Positions 34,701-41,955 of a DNA stretch of 57,804 nt are shown here, one piece after another. How positions within the stretch are numbered: the first letter of the stretch is position 1; each line of letters starts with the position of its first letter. Made by a program: the position numbers and the translations under genes. The notes beneath the pieces are model-generated. The model had not been told where the DNA came from. It saw only the letters and a program-made list of their open reading frames with translations, and did no database searches. Where the stretch lies: IMG/VR virus record IMGVR_UViG_3300045988_015817. The stretch is one strand, 5' to 3'. This DNA comes from a virus.

Positions 34701-35861
34701 TGCTAGAATATTTGTAAATGAGTGCATTAATGAATTGCGGCCGCCCATCTTCTTCCAAGCATCTAGAGTAGCATTCTTAGCGGCGAATGTCTTTACTATA
34801 TAATTACCGATTATGCTATCTAAGAATCCCCAAAGCTTTTTAGATTCTTCGAAATTACCAAATATTGTTTCCCACATGTGTTCCCACCCAGAACCAATCG
34901 CTTCTTTCCAAGCGGTGAACATCTGTCCGGCATCCTTAAATTCGGAAGCGGCAGCATATGCTTTTTGTCCTAATTCGGTTGTTTCATCCGTATACTTACT
35001 AAGCGTTTTAACGAGAACATCAGTTGTCATCCATTGATACTGAAGATTATCGTTCCAGTTTTTCGTAGCATTGAATGCATCAGATGTAGCTCCTTTAGCA
35101 TTGGTAGTTGTGGTATAGTAGTCTTCACCCTTTTTAACGACTGTACCTAGAGCAACTGCGGTATCAAGCAAATTCTGTTTAAAATCCATGGTTGCCATAT
35201 TCGCTACTTCAATAGATTTCCAATCTATGAGCTTTACATATCCAGATGATAATGCCTGAGCAAAGTTATACATCGCATGTGATGCTTGTTCTGCATTTGC
35301 GCCAGAAATTGCAGCTTCGTTCGATACACCCTTAATTGCCGCAACTGCATCTTTTAAGCCTACACCGGCATTTGTAAATTTACCGATATTCGCAGTCATG
35401 TCTGAGAACGAATAAATAGTTCTATCTGAATATGTATTAAGCTCATCAAGATACTTATTTACTGTAGATAAGCTTTCTCCAGTAGACATAATAATAGTCT
35501 GAATGGAGTTCATCTTTAGTTTGTATTCATTCCAACCATCAGACATACCATCAAAAGCTAAAGCCGATACTATTTTTTTGCCTGCATCAACAGCTGCATT
35601 TGTAAGTCGATTCAACACACTCATAACTACGGTATCCATAGCTGAGAATTTGACTTGAACTGCTTCTACCGCTCGGCCCATTCCGTCCATGTTGAACTTT
35701 TTGGTATCATTTTGAAATTTAGCAAGACTCTTTCCAGACTCACTAAAATCGATGCTTTTCTTAAGAGCTTCTATAGATTTTTGACTTTGACGAATTTTTT
35801 TCTCGAATTGCCCATTCTCGAATTGCATTCTGACAACGTCATCTTCAACAACTTTACCCAT
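28791..35861 (-). CDS. Tape measure protein (2356 aa)
   Basis: Track ORF trimmed to MGKVVED (GGAGG SD, TAATG junction). Its size, helical Ala/Lys-rich repeats, long central hydrophobic block and position all fit a tape measure. Confidence 0.9.
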   Translation of the reverse strand: MGKVVEDDVVRMQFENGQFEKKIRQSQKSIEALKKSIDFSESGKSLAKFQNDTKKFNMDGMGRAVEAVQVKFSAMDTVVMSVLNRLTNAAVDAGKKIVSALAFDGMSDGWNEYKLKMNSIQTIIMSTGESLSTVNKYLDELNTYSDRTIYSFSDMTANIGKFTNAGVGLKDAVAAIKGVSNEAAISGANAEQASHAMYNFAQALSSGYVKLIDWKSIEVANMATMDFKQNLLDTAVALGTVVKKGEDYYTTTTNAKGATSDAFNATKNWNDNLQYQWMTTDVLVKTLSKYTDETTELGQKAYAAASEFKDAGQMFTAWKEAIGSGWEHMWETIFGNFEESKKLWGFLDSIIGNYIVKTFAAKNATLDAWKKMGGRNSLMHSFTNILAAAVAVLDTFKVAYRAIFPEKNAKEIKNITDAFEAFTKKLIMSRDKVDKLYRTLKGFFTIIKIMTNLIGNGLNVALAIASKLFPAIADGLLTITASAGDAISKSGDAIDRVTNKITNFVKLVGQKIALPGFEGVVSILKGIWKIITIVGGKVTSFFKMLGSGMSNAFRSGDIKSALDILNTGLISGMLIGLNKFVAQFNSFFKDAKKTVDGITKILDPVRECFEAFQSKLRADALIKIASAIGILAVSLMLIASIKPDRLASALLGISGLFSELMLSLAAFSKISGSMKGVAKSCAAMISISAAVLILSSAMKKLSSIDLSGIGRGLTAVGGLLAELLAFQAISKEIDKVGKASKGIVSISLAMLILSQAVKNFGNLSWEQIGKGLTSVAALLVSIAAFTALTGNAKKIISTSTAMISLSIAMNLLALAMNRFSGMSWTGIAKGLTAMGAALVELSVAMNFMPKGMIAKGAGLIAVVTALNILTSALSSSGNMEWTEIAKGLIAIGGSLSILAIALNAMKGTISGSIALTTAAGALAILTPQLLLLGNMSVSSIAKSLLTLAGAFTVIGVAGAALVPILPAILGMAGAFALIGVSVLGIGTGLLAAGVGLTAIAAGFTALAGTTAAGATAIVASLSVIITGIAGLIPAIASKIGEGIVEFCKAIANGASAIGNMVKTVLLTVLDVINTCAPDIVETVVGLIDALLTTISQHMPNIVNAGMDILEAFISGIADHISDITESAIDIVINFVNAISDKLPDVIDAGFNLIISFINGLADAIDKNTPKLTKAVNKLMIAVLDAAVTVLTGGIDLFKTIGNKIMNSGLVKGIKSKTSTMVKTIKDSISSGIKSAKSFGSKWLSVGKNFVSGVIKGIKDKAAGLAKAAADVGKEALNGIKKALDIHSPSKETNKLGVYAGEGLVKGVKSKTGDVELAGIDMGRGALLGAGKGIKDGAKKAQKTVTGYVKGIKKSISKSVGNKDVDGVMKTVNGILNAGNSTFSDQMDKTTKDIIKNANKTGAGVTSAYDSTSKKITGRSKKNSKKAKIKMTKIIKVAYQFGKTFDKAVSSFNKTPYETITKISKSLGKELLKTTPKLKTVSKATKTAEKTIKNFAIALYKESDQYKEDTKSVKQHEAALKKLLKTQDRLKKGLSASGKKLSKKNLNSAIKENNTAIKNAVKQLKDDQKTIQSNINSTFKEYRNNIINSIKEYTKFTNIAFDNSRNIFSEFSDSMDDEMSTVLKNMESQVDGYQEMKDNLAKLSKNGLSKGLIDTLKGMGESGYAYIKLFANASKEEIDRANTAYAEASKQTKEDIIASYKKTYQDAVKWKNSIKKMLNQGWDIRLVQELVDEGPGNLSKVLEMLTFSDEERKEINSVYVKNLKLQKSGANDIIKSFALKKEKEAAKKKAKKNVKKTAKDVKKDVKEIPNAVSEAAKEMEKNLKKINGDWDDAKKKIEDTAKSMAESVKSSLDSFTSFVNFDISSSTDYFTRYEEVVNDLGNDTIIDRMWSQVNAEKRVIEGLEELKNMGFADGLLDYLKSLGTQAIPYIEGFRLATADQIGRTNAVFKEKMQMTKDQILQQAKDNMESVKKWRDEIVVLSKELDPRLLQELINKGLDGADIVDAYFQMTPDEKKQINQYYKDTLSMNEEVSKEVSDSYKEAGLGAVNSMYQGMIDAATGKDVSSKKGSSRNLKGSAATKTVHAVAKSFDEVLKKDTSFKSSGKKAGNQFKAGIDSASEGVANSAKQSAKKACTTFTNYVETNFKKAFKSAGESMGTRFAIGLSSSSVLSTVESSCKAVVDKALSEFGKGSGKAGSKGTSLGTSFANGIKGAIPSAVSAAQALVDAVNAVLSTIRMPTLTASISTSGLSSLGTNSAIISGAVTSATGSSAAGTSAGLAASIASSLAGGVMGSNLKKALAALQNGGRGKTGHALKGSSTNVTNNYTFNQTNNSPVALSNTEIYRQTKNQFSQLKGALK

Positions 35862-36235
35862 TATCCAGTGACCTCCTTCCAAGCATCTTTAGCTAGTCTA
35901 TCAAATACCGGTTTTAAAGCCGGATTAATGTAGTCAACCCCCTGAACATATCCACCATTTCTAGTTCCATGCCCATACTGTAGAATAATAGCTATATTCA
36001 CATGGTTCACTACATTAGAATTTTTAAAAACCAAACTTATAGATCTGTTATCGCGCACTATTTCATAATACCATGATGCAGCTGTTACTCCAGTATCAAC
36101 AGGAGTTGCAGCCTTGAGGGCAGCTACACCTTCACGTCCGTATTTGTTTAATACACCAACGTTAACGCCTTCCAAAAGCTTTTCGAAATAATTATTGAGC
36201 TTTTTAAAGTTACCCTCAAGTTTGCATCTGATCAT
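35861..36235 (-). CDS. HK97 gp10-like head-tail/tail-completion family protein (124 aa)
   Basis: Contains ATPVDTG .. QYGHGT .. YINPAL motifs. Confidence 0.6.
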   Translation of the reverse strand: MIRCKLEGNFKKLNNYFEKLLEGVNVGVLNKYGREGVAALKAATPVDTGVTAASWYYEIVRDNRSISLVFKNSNVVNHVNIAIILQYGHGTRNGGYVQGVDYINPALKPVFDRLAKDAWKEVTG

Positions 36236-36246
36236 ATCATTTCTCC

Positions 36247-37179
36247 TTATCCAATTAACTTAGAAGATTCTACAAATCCTGTATACTTCTTTCCTTTAAT
36301 GGTTACAGCACAAAGTAACCATACAGATTTTTTATACTTGCTGAAGTATCCGTAGCATTCAACCTTTCTCCCAGCTGGAATTTCAACCATAAGCTTTTTG
36401 TTCCATCCAGCGTCAATACGCATAGGAGTTTTCTTAGAAGTTTTATATGAGCCCTTATAAAAATAGCTCAGATGTGCTGCATAACAAGTAGTAGTCGTTA
36501 TTCCACATGGTGTGTTAATTACTGCATCTACTTCTTTCATAACGGCGTTGACATCATAATGCTTTTCTTTAAGATTCGATTTATAATCTTCTCCCCATTG
36601 ACCAGCGATTACTTCTCTTGCTACTGTTTTAACTTCTTTACCGGCATGGCGGTGAGTGCTGGTACTGATCTTTGGCTGATCAGCATCATATTTTGGCGTG
36701 ATGAATCCACGTATAAATTTTCCATTAATGTTAACGGTCCTCTTCTTAACAGCATCTTTATAATTACCCTCGGTTACGACAAAGTATCCTTCATTCTTGT
36801 TGACATATGTCACCATGCCAATATGTTTCGGAGTTCCTTTATTATCTCCTACTCCATTATCCTTCCAATCGTAAATACATGCATCTCCAATTTTAGGAAT
36901 ATAGTTATCTTTCTCCTGCCAGCAGCCCATTTTCTTAGCTTTTTTAATAATGTAAAAACAACTGCACTCAACTGGCATAATATCTGTATACCCCAGAGCA
37001 ATTGCCACGGCAGACCAAGTCGTAGCGCACCATGCCATCCCTGGTTTCATGGTTACTCCTCTTGGTTTTTCTTTCTGTTTATTATAAATGTCAAGAATAG
37101 ATTTATAAGATCCATCTTTTTCATTTTTTCCAACCCAAGAATTGATAAGGTTAACAGCTGCTTTTCGCGTTCTGGCCAT
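36247..37179 (-). CDS. CHAP-domain peptidoglycan hydrolase with C-terminal SH3b-like domain (310 aa)
   Basis: Start moved to MARTRK (AAAGGGG SD). Candidate catalytic Cys in GMAWCATTWS and His in PKHIGMVTY..VTEGN. C-terminal VECYGYF..WLLCAVTIKGKKYTGFV. Confidence 0.75.
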   Translation of the reverse strand: MARTRKAAVNLINSWVGKNEKDGSYKSILDIYNKQKEKPRGVTMKPGMAWCATTWSAVAIALGYTDIMPVECSCFYIIKKAKKMGCWQEKDNYIPKIGDACIYDWKDNGVGDNKGTPKHIGMVTYVNKNEGYFVVTEGNYKDAVKKRTVNINGKFIRGFITPKYDADQPKISTSTHRHAGKEVKTVAREVIAGQWGEDYKSNLKEKHYDVNAVMKEVDAVINTPCGITTTTCYAAHLSYFYKGSYKTSKKTPMRIDAGWNKKLMVEIPAGRKVECYGYFSKYKKSVWLLCAVTIKGKKYTGFVESSKLIG

Positions 37180-37183
37180 AATA

Positions 37184-37744
37184 TCACCCCTTTGTATGGT
37201 TTGCTTTTTTTCGTCTTTCATTTTCTTTCTTTTGCCATCTACGGATTTCATCAACGGACATCTTCTTAGGTGGATTAGTTTTTACAGCATACAATTCAAT
37301 CAACATGAATACACGCTTTATATTCCATTTCTCGCAAGGATCGAATGGTATTCTAGCCATGGCTAAGTAAGCGTATATTAATTCGCTAGTTAACGTCTCC
37401 GGTTTTTCTTTATTGTCATCTCCGATTGTAAAAACCCTAGATGCCGTAGCTGGGTCCTGAATATAGTCTATCACTTTTTTAAGTAAACGATCATCAAGCC
37501 GTTTAAAAAATTCAACCTTATCAAAAGACCCAACTATCATGCAATACATATAATCAAGAAACTCTTCATCGGTTAGAGTTCCCTCATCCATAAATTTCAA
37601 TAATGGTTTATGCCATATTTGCTCCCATTTTGAAATTGCTATTAAGGAATGCTCGAGCTTAATCTTAGTAGGTTTTATAACCTTTCCAAAAGTTTGAGTT
37701 TCTTGATCAAATGGCTCATATCCAGGAAGAATTAATTCGAGCAT
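37184..37744 (-). CDS. Tail-assembly-region protein, Phage_Gp15-like (186 aa)
   Basis: Position downstream of the chaperone-like gene. KLEHSLIAISKWEQIWHKP.. resembles the Gp15 family as remembered. Confidence 0.5.
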   Translation of the reverse strand: MLELILPGYEPFDQETQTFGKVIKPTKIKLEHSLIAISKWEQIWHKPLLKFMDEGTLTDEEFLDYMYCMIVGSFDKVEFFKRLDDRLLKKVIDYIQDPATASRVFTIGDDNKEKPETLTSELIYAYLAMARIPFDPCEKWNIKRVFMLIELYAVKTNPPKKMSVDEIRRWQKKENERRKKANHTKG

Positions 37745-37754
37745 AATTGTCTCC

Positions 37755-38261
37755 TTAGTTTGCTTCTTTCATAGCGTCATCAGCTGCAACTGCAGATCCT
37801 GCTACTTCTGCCATCGCTGCCGAGATTGCTTTTCGCTGAGCATCATTCAATGTAGCATCATCATAAACTCCAGATTCGGCTGCTTTCTTGATCTTGTCAC
37901 TTACATCGTCAGGCATGATTTTAAGCAGGAATTCGGAAGCTTTTGCTTCGTCCATGCAAATTTCCATAAAGAACTTGTCATATGCTGCAGTAGCCTTGAA
38001 CTCCGCCAGTGCTTCAGGGGTCTTTGTAAATGTACGACCGTCAAGAGACTTGATTCCATAAGCTGCATCAATGATCTTCTCAAAAAGATTCATAATATCC
38101 GGCTGGGACTGTTTCTGTACCATAAGACTCATATATGATGTTAAGCCCCCGTTAAGGCTTGTTTCCAATTTTAAAATTTCACTTTGCGTTAAGTTGAAGT
38201 AGAAATCCTCAGATCTCTCGTTTCCGTCAAAGTCCTTGTAACTGATTGTTTTGATAAACAT
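37755..38261 (-). CDS. Tail assembly chaperone-like acidic protein (168 aa)
   Basis: Position after the major tail protein. Contains DFDGNERSEDFYFNLTQSEILKLE. Acidic. Confidence 0.55.
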   Translation of the reverse strand: MFIKTISYKDFDGNERSEDFYFNLTQSEILKLETSLNGGLTSYMSLMVQKQSQPDIMNLFEKIIDAAYGIKSLDGRTFTKTPEALAEFKATAAYDKFFMEICMDEAKASEFLLKIMPDDVSDKIKKAAESGVYDDATLNDAQRKAISAAMAEVAGSAVAADDAMKEAN

Positions 38262-38279
38262 AGTTTAGTCTCCTTTCAT

Positions 38280-38318
38280 TTTTAAAAATCCTAGCCTGCA
38301 TATTTTTAGCAGACTAGG
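38280..38318 (-). terminator. Strong rho-independent terminator/attenuator after the major tail protein unit
   Basis: Minus RNA forms a 10-bp stem, CCUAGUCUGC-loop-GCAGGCUAGG, followed by AUUUUUAAAAAU. Confidence 0.7.
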
Positions 38319-38325
38319 AAAAACT

Positions 38326-38739
38326 TTATTTTGTTTTAAGTGTTAAACCAGTAAGTGTGTACTCTTTGGTTTCTGTTGTGCCTTTATTAGTCGCTTTAAT
38401 TAAGATAGACTGCTTATTAGCATCTTTGATCTTAAGAACCGCCTGATGATCAGACTGAAGAAGATTAGATGGACCAGATGTTCCGCCTTTAACTTCGACT
38501 GTCAATGATTCAGGGAAACCACTCTTTGGTGCAATGTCAAGAGCAATGTAATTACCGCTCTGTTCATCAACTTTACTGCTGAATCCGGTATAGCCCGTCA
38601 CATAGTTAAGAGTACCAGAAATTACTCCGGTGCTCTCATTGACCTTAATGTTTGACTGAAGATCAGCTGCCTTCTTGCCAAGCAGGTCGTCTTCTCCTGT
38701 AATAGGAGTTGCAGAGACGTCCAGTGACGGGTCTGTTAT
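38326..38739 (-). CDS. C-terminal ~137-aa beta-sandwich (Ig-like) extension ORF of the major tail protein, reached by -1 frameshift
   Basis: The frame is open from 38748 with no ATG or SD; the track shows only a GTG-started fragment, 38326..38601. It begins inside the slippery site at the end of the tail-protein gene. Confidence 0.6.
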   Translation of the reverse strand: MTDPSLDVSATPITGEDDLLGKKAADLQSNIKVNESTGVISGTLNYVTGYTGFSSKVDEQSGNYIALDIAPKSGFPESLTVEVKGGTSGPSNLLQSDHQAVLKIKDANKQSILIKATNKGTTETKEYTLTGLTLKTK

Positions 38740-39383
38740 TTTAAAAGGTTAATGATCTCATCTGGAAGCAGCAACTTAGCTTCTGCTTCTTCTGTTCCAT
38801 ATAAAGCATCTTCAATCTTCTTCATCTTTGTAGCTTCGACCTTTGTGGAATCGATCTCGAGATGAGCGGTAGGCTTGAATCCGTCAACTGTGACTGGAGT
38901 TGTTGACACTTCCCAACTGAATGAAATTGCCTCTGGGGAATCATTTACAGTCTGGAAGTTTTTCTCGGATGGCGATGCTTTAGCGCCATAAATGATGTGA
39001 ATCTTGTAGCCATAATCATTGCTCTTTACATCATTACCAAGCAATGTACGATAAGAGAAACCGAATGTATCTCTGTTCTGCTGGCCGATAGTAACTCCCT
39101 TAGTAATTTCAGCTGTACCATTGCATCTATCAAATGCTTCTGGATAAGTATAAGCTTCGATTGTAGCTCCGAACTCTTCAGCTGACATGAGGCTAAGATA
39201 CTTCATGTTATCAGCGTATACAGCGGATGCTTCTGCTCCAGATGGAGATTCTGTGACTGCAGTAAGGCCATTCCATGCAGAACCAGCGCCATATTCTCCG
39301 TCAACAACAGGGTAAATAACTCCATGATCTACACCGGTTTCGTACTTACGTTCTCCGGTTTTGTCCCATGTTAATTTAGACAT
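38736..39383 (-). CDS. Major tail (tube) protein (215 aa)
   Basis: LTWDKTGERKYETGVDHGVIYP..AWNGLTAVTESPSGAE..YADN..EAYTYPEAF is typical of siphovirus tube proteins. Position fits. Confidence 0.8.
   Translation of the reverse strand: MSKLTWDKTGERKYETGVDHGVIYPVVDGEYGAGSAWNGLTAVTESPSGAEASAVYADNMKYLSLMSAEEFGATIEAYTYPEAFDRCNGTAEITKGVTIGQQNRDTFGFSYRTLLGNDVKSNDYGYKIHIIYGAKASPSEKNFQTVNDSPEAISFSWEVSTTPVTVDGFKPTAHLEIDSTKVEATKMKKIEDALYGTEEAEAKLLLPDEIINLLK
38739..38745 (-). promoter_or_regulatory. Candidate -1 programmed frameshift heptamer U_UUA_AAA followed immediately by UAA
   Basis: The minus strand reads aac ctt tta aaa taa. It fits the X_XXY_YYZ pattern. The -1 frame continues ata aca gac ccg... 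Confidence 0.55.
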
Positions 39384-39395
39384 GTTTTTCCTCCT

Positions 39396-39731
39396 TTAAA
39401 ATATAATTACAAAGACCGAATGGTACATACCATCTGATATATAAGATCTATTAAATCTTGCAGTGGGTATCTCCACTATCGTATCAATCAGCATACTATC
39501 CGGATCTTTAGTTACCACTTCTACTGAGTATTCTTTATCAATACTATAATTTTTATTATCTGCCGATCGAATATTGTAATCGTCAACAGAATATATTATT
39601 GCCGGGTATTTGATGTTCTTTATAACTTTTTGCCCAGCACCGGATACATTGGAAGGGGGCTGGAAATATACATTGGCACCTTTTCCAATGATATCTTTTA
39701 AATATCTATCAAAGTCAAGTCTCGTCCTCAT
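39396..39731 (-). CDS. Head-tail joining / tail-completion protein (111 aa, position-based call)
   Basis: SD-led track ORF between the capsid and tube genes. Confidence 0.5.
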   Translation of the reverse strand: MRTRLDFDRYLKDIIGKGANVYFQPPSNVSGAGQKVIKNIKYPAIIYSVDDYNIRSADNKNYSIDKEYSVEVVTKDPDSMLIDTIVEIPTARFNRSYISDGMYHSVFVIIF

Positions 39732-40050
39732 TCCACAGCTCCCCTAATGTTATTATTAGTCTAGGGGCCTGTGAAGCATCAACTTCTGTTGCCTTCCACT
39801 TAGCCCCCATAAACTCAACCCATCTCATGTCAACGAAATGATCACGCATATAGGCATCGCCAATAACACTGATCTGATTAGAGATCGAAATGTTATATGA
39901 GATCTTCTCCTGTGAATCCTGAAGACGTCTAGTATTACGAAGAACATCACCTCTATACGTACGCTCAGTTATTTCCTCAGTCCAAACTGATTGAACTGTT
40001 TCAACTTGTTCTGCAAAGCCGATCTTGCCACACCATCTATTCACGATCAT
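39715..40050 (-). CDS. Head-tail joining protein (111 aa, position-based call)
   Basis: GGGAGG SD. Sits directly after the capsid gene. Confidence 0.5.
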   Translation of the reverse strand: MIVNRWCGKIGFAEQVETVQSVWTEEITERTYRGDVLRNTRRLQDSQEKISYNISISNQISVIGDAYMRDHFVDMRWVEFMGAKWKATEVDASQAPRLIITLGELWNEDET

Positions 40051-40065
40051 TTCCTCCCATTTTGA

Positions 40066-41955
40066 TTAGTTACCGCTGACTCCAGTTCCTGATCCAGCAG
40101 ATGCCTTGCTAAGGTCTGCTGTAGGAATTTTTGTCTCGATTGCAATGGCAGATAATGGTTTGATCAGAGCACCAGAGATACGTGTCTCGATAAGATACTT
40201 CTGAGCGTTGTAGTCGATATCGAAATCATCGAACATGTTGATTGCTCCACCCTTGTCTGCACCAATGTTGTAATCCTGCAGGTTTACGATGATACCCTGA
40301 AGAGTCAGTGTATCAGTCTTGTCTACACGTGTAAGGTTCTCCATAACCGGAACAGAAACAATCTTTGATGCACGGCATGCTGTAGCCAACTTGTCAATGT
40401 TATCGTAGATGGTTCTACCATTCTTATCTTTTAGCAGTAAGCACTCAGTGATAATTGACTCTGGTGCAAACAGCTTTGGATTACCAGAACCCTTGTACTC
40501 AATACGAGCTCTTACACATGCTTCAATAAATGCGTTAGCCTTCTCAGCTGCAGTTGACTCTTTTGTAATCGGAATAGCATACTTAATCGTGTAAAGATCG
40601 GCATCTTTCCAAATTGGACGAATGCTGTCCTCTTTGATGTGATCGTCACTAGATGTAAGACGTCCATCACCAACCAAGACTGCTCTTGCGATTTCCTCAT
40701 TCAGCATCAATCGCATTTCTGATTTCAACCAAATAATTACATCGATATCTGTAATATCGATAATATCGTCGCGATCAATCTTCTGCTTCTTGTAGATTGT
40801 CTGCGGGGTAGTTGTTCTCTTCAGTAATGAGAATACTTCCTCCTTCTTCAGCTTACCTTTGATATAACCTCTTGCCCGGGCTTCATCCTCTCTTAAATCA
40901 GCGAATACTGATTTAATTCTAGAGAATGGTGTATGGTGCACGCTATTCATTACATCATCTACCCACCCCTGATTTCTAGAGATAAATTCAGGCGATGCAT
41001 TTAAAGTCTTAGCATCCGGGAACAGATACTCGACATTTGTAATACCATGCGCCAGAAATGATTCTTTAAGAGAGCCGTATCTTTTTCCATCACTGATTGC
41101 TTCATTATACTTTTCCATATCCTGATGAGCAAGTGTAGCACCTTCTGCATTTTTCTCAAAAATATTGTGCTCAATTGTTGGCATTGTTTTATCCTCCTTA
41201 TTATCTGAATTGGTTGTTGTGCTATCGTCTTTTTTTGATGATGAATCAAGGGCATCCTGGACTAAGGCATAGGTTACCTTATACTGTGTATCTGACATCG
41301 AATCAAGTACTTCCTTAACAGTTTCGGTATCCTTCGTTGTATCTTTTTTATCTACCGGCATATCTTTAATCGCGTGTGCTACAATATTTTTATTACTGTT
41401 TTCCAGGATTGTATTAAGCTGCCCGATGATGCCCTGCAAAGTTTTCATATCCGGATTACCATCTGATGAGTGTATGATTTCAAGCTGCTCACCGGAATAA
41501 ATATTTGCTTCATAATCTGACATGTTCGGCATTTCCCCATGAGCTAATGCTACATCTTCGATATATGCACCAGGATTTGCTCCTGCAAGAACAAGGCTAA
41601 GTTCCTTGATTTCACCATGTTCAACATATGGGCCAACCTGCTTAAGATGATTTGCCCAGATGCTAAGTGAATCCATATCACCATGTTGTACTGCCTCTTT
41701 TGCAATACGAGCCTGTTCGGTCTCATTAAAATATCCGTAAGCATATACACCTTCATCGCGGCACTCCATATATGCATGACCTAAAACATCTGAAAGATTG
41801 TCATGGATGTGGTTGTATATTAACGGGATCTTAGCGCCATCAATATCATTGAAAGCGCCATGCTTAATAATTCGACCATCAGCGCAAAGAACGTTAAACT
41901 TTGTCGCCCATCCTGCAAAATCACAATCCGAATAATTCGAATTTTTAGTTCCCAT
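40066..41955 (-). CDS. Prohead protease (HK97/S78-like) fused to HK97-fold major capsid protein (629 aa)
   Basis: Start moved to MGTKNS (AGGAGG SD). N-terminus IPLIYNHIHDN..VLGHAY..LSIWAN is protease-like. An acidic linker follows, then a C-terminal ~370 aa that is capsid-like. Confidence 0.8.
   Translation of the reverse strand: MGTKNSNYSDCDFAGWATKFNVLCADGRIIKHGAFNDIDGAKIPLIYNHIHDNLSDVLGHAYMECRDEGVYAYGYFNETEQARIAKEAVQHGDMDSLSIWANHLKQVGPYVEHGEIKELSLVLAGANPGAYIEDVALAHGEMPNMSDYEANIYSGEQLEIIHSSDGNPDMKTLQGIIGQLNTILENSNKNIVAHAIKDMPVDKKDTTKDTETVKEVLDSMSDTQYKVTYALVQDALDSSSKKDDSTTTNSDNKEDKTMPTIEHNIFEKNAEGATLAHQDMEKYNEAISDGKRYGSLKESFLAHGITNVEYLFPDAKTLNASPEFISRNQGWVDDVMNSVHHTPFSRIKSVFADLREDEARARGYIKGKLKKEEVFSLLKRTTTPQTIYKKQKIDRDDIIDITDIDVIIWLKSEMRLMLNEEIARAVLVGDGRLTSSDDHIKEDSIRPIWKDADLYTIKYAIPITKESTAAEKANAFIEACVRARIEYKGSGNPKLFAPESIITECLLLKDKNGRTIYDNIDKLATACRASKIVSVPVMENLTRVDKTDTLTLQGIIVNLQDYNIGADKGGAINMFDDFDIDYNAQKYLIETRISGALIKPLSAIAIETKIPTADLSKASAGSGTGVSGN

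Noticed and set aside
36472-37269. Long plus-strand ORFs: 36472..37269 (265 aa), 56874..57548 (224 aa), 32008..32577, 33124..33684, and all other '+' entries in the track
   Set aside because: Each is antisense to a minus-strand gene that is strongly supported by motifs, SD sites and packing. None has an SD, their translations are low-complexity and Leu/Phe/Ser-rich as expected for shadow frames, and none is flanked by promoter or terminator elements in the plus orientation.
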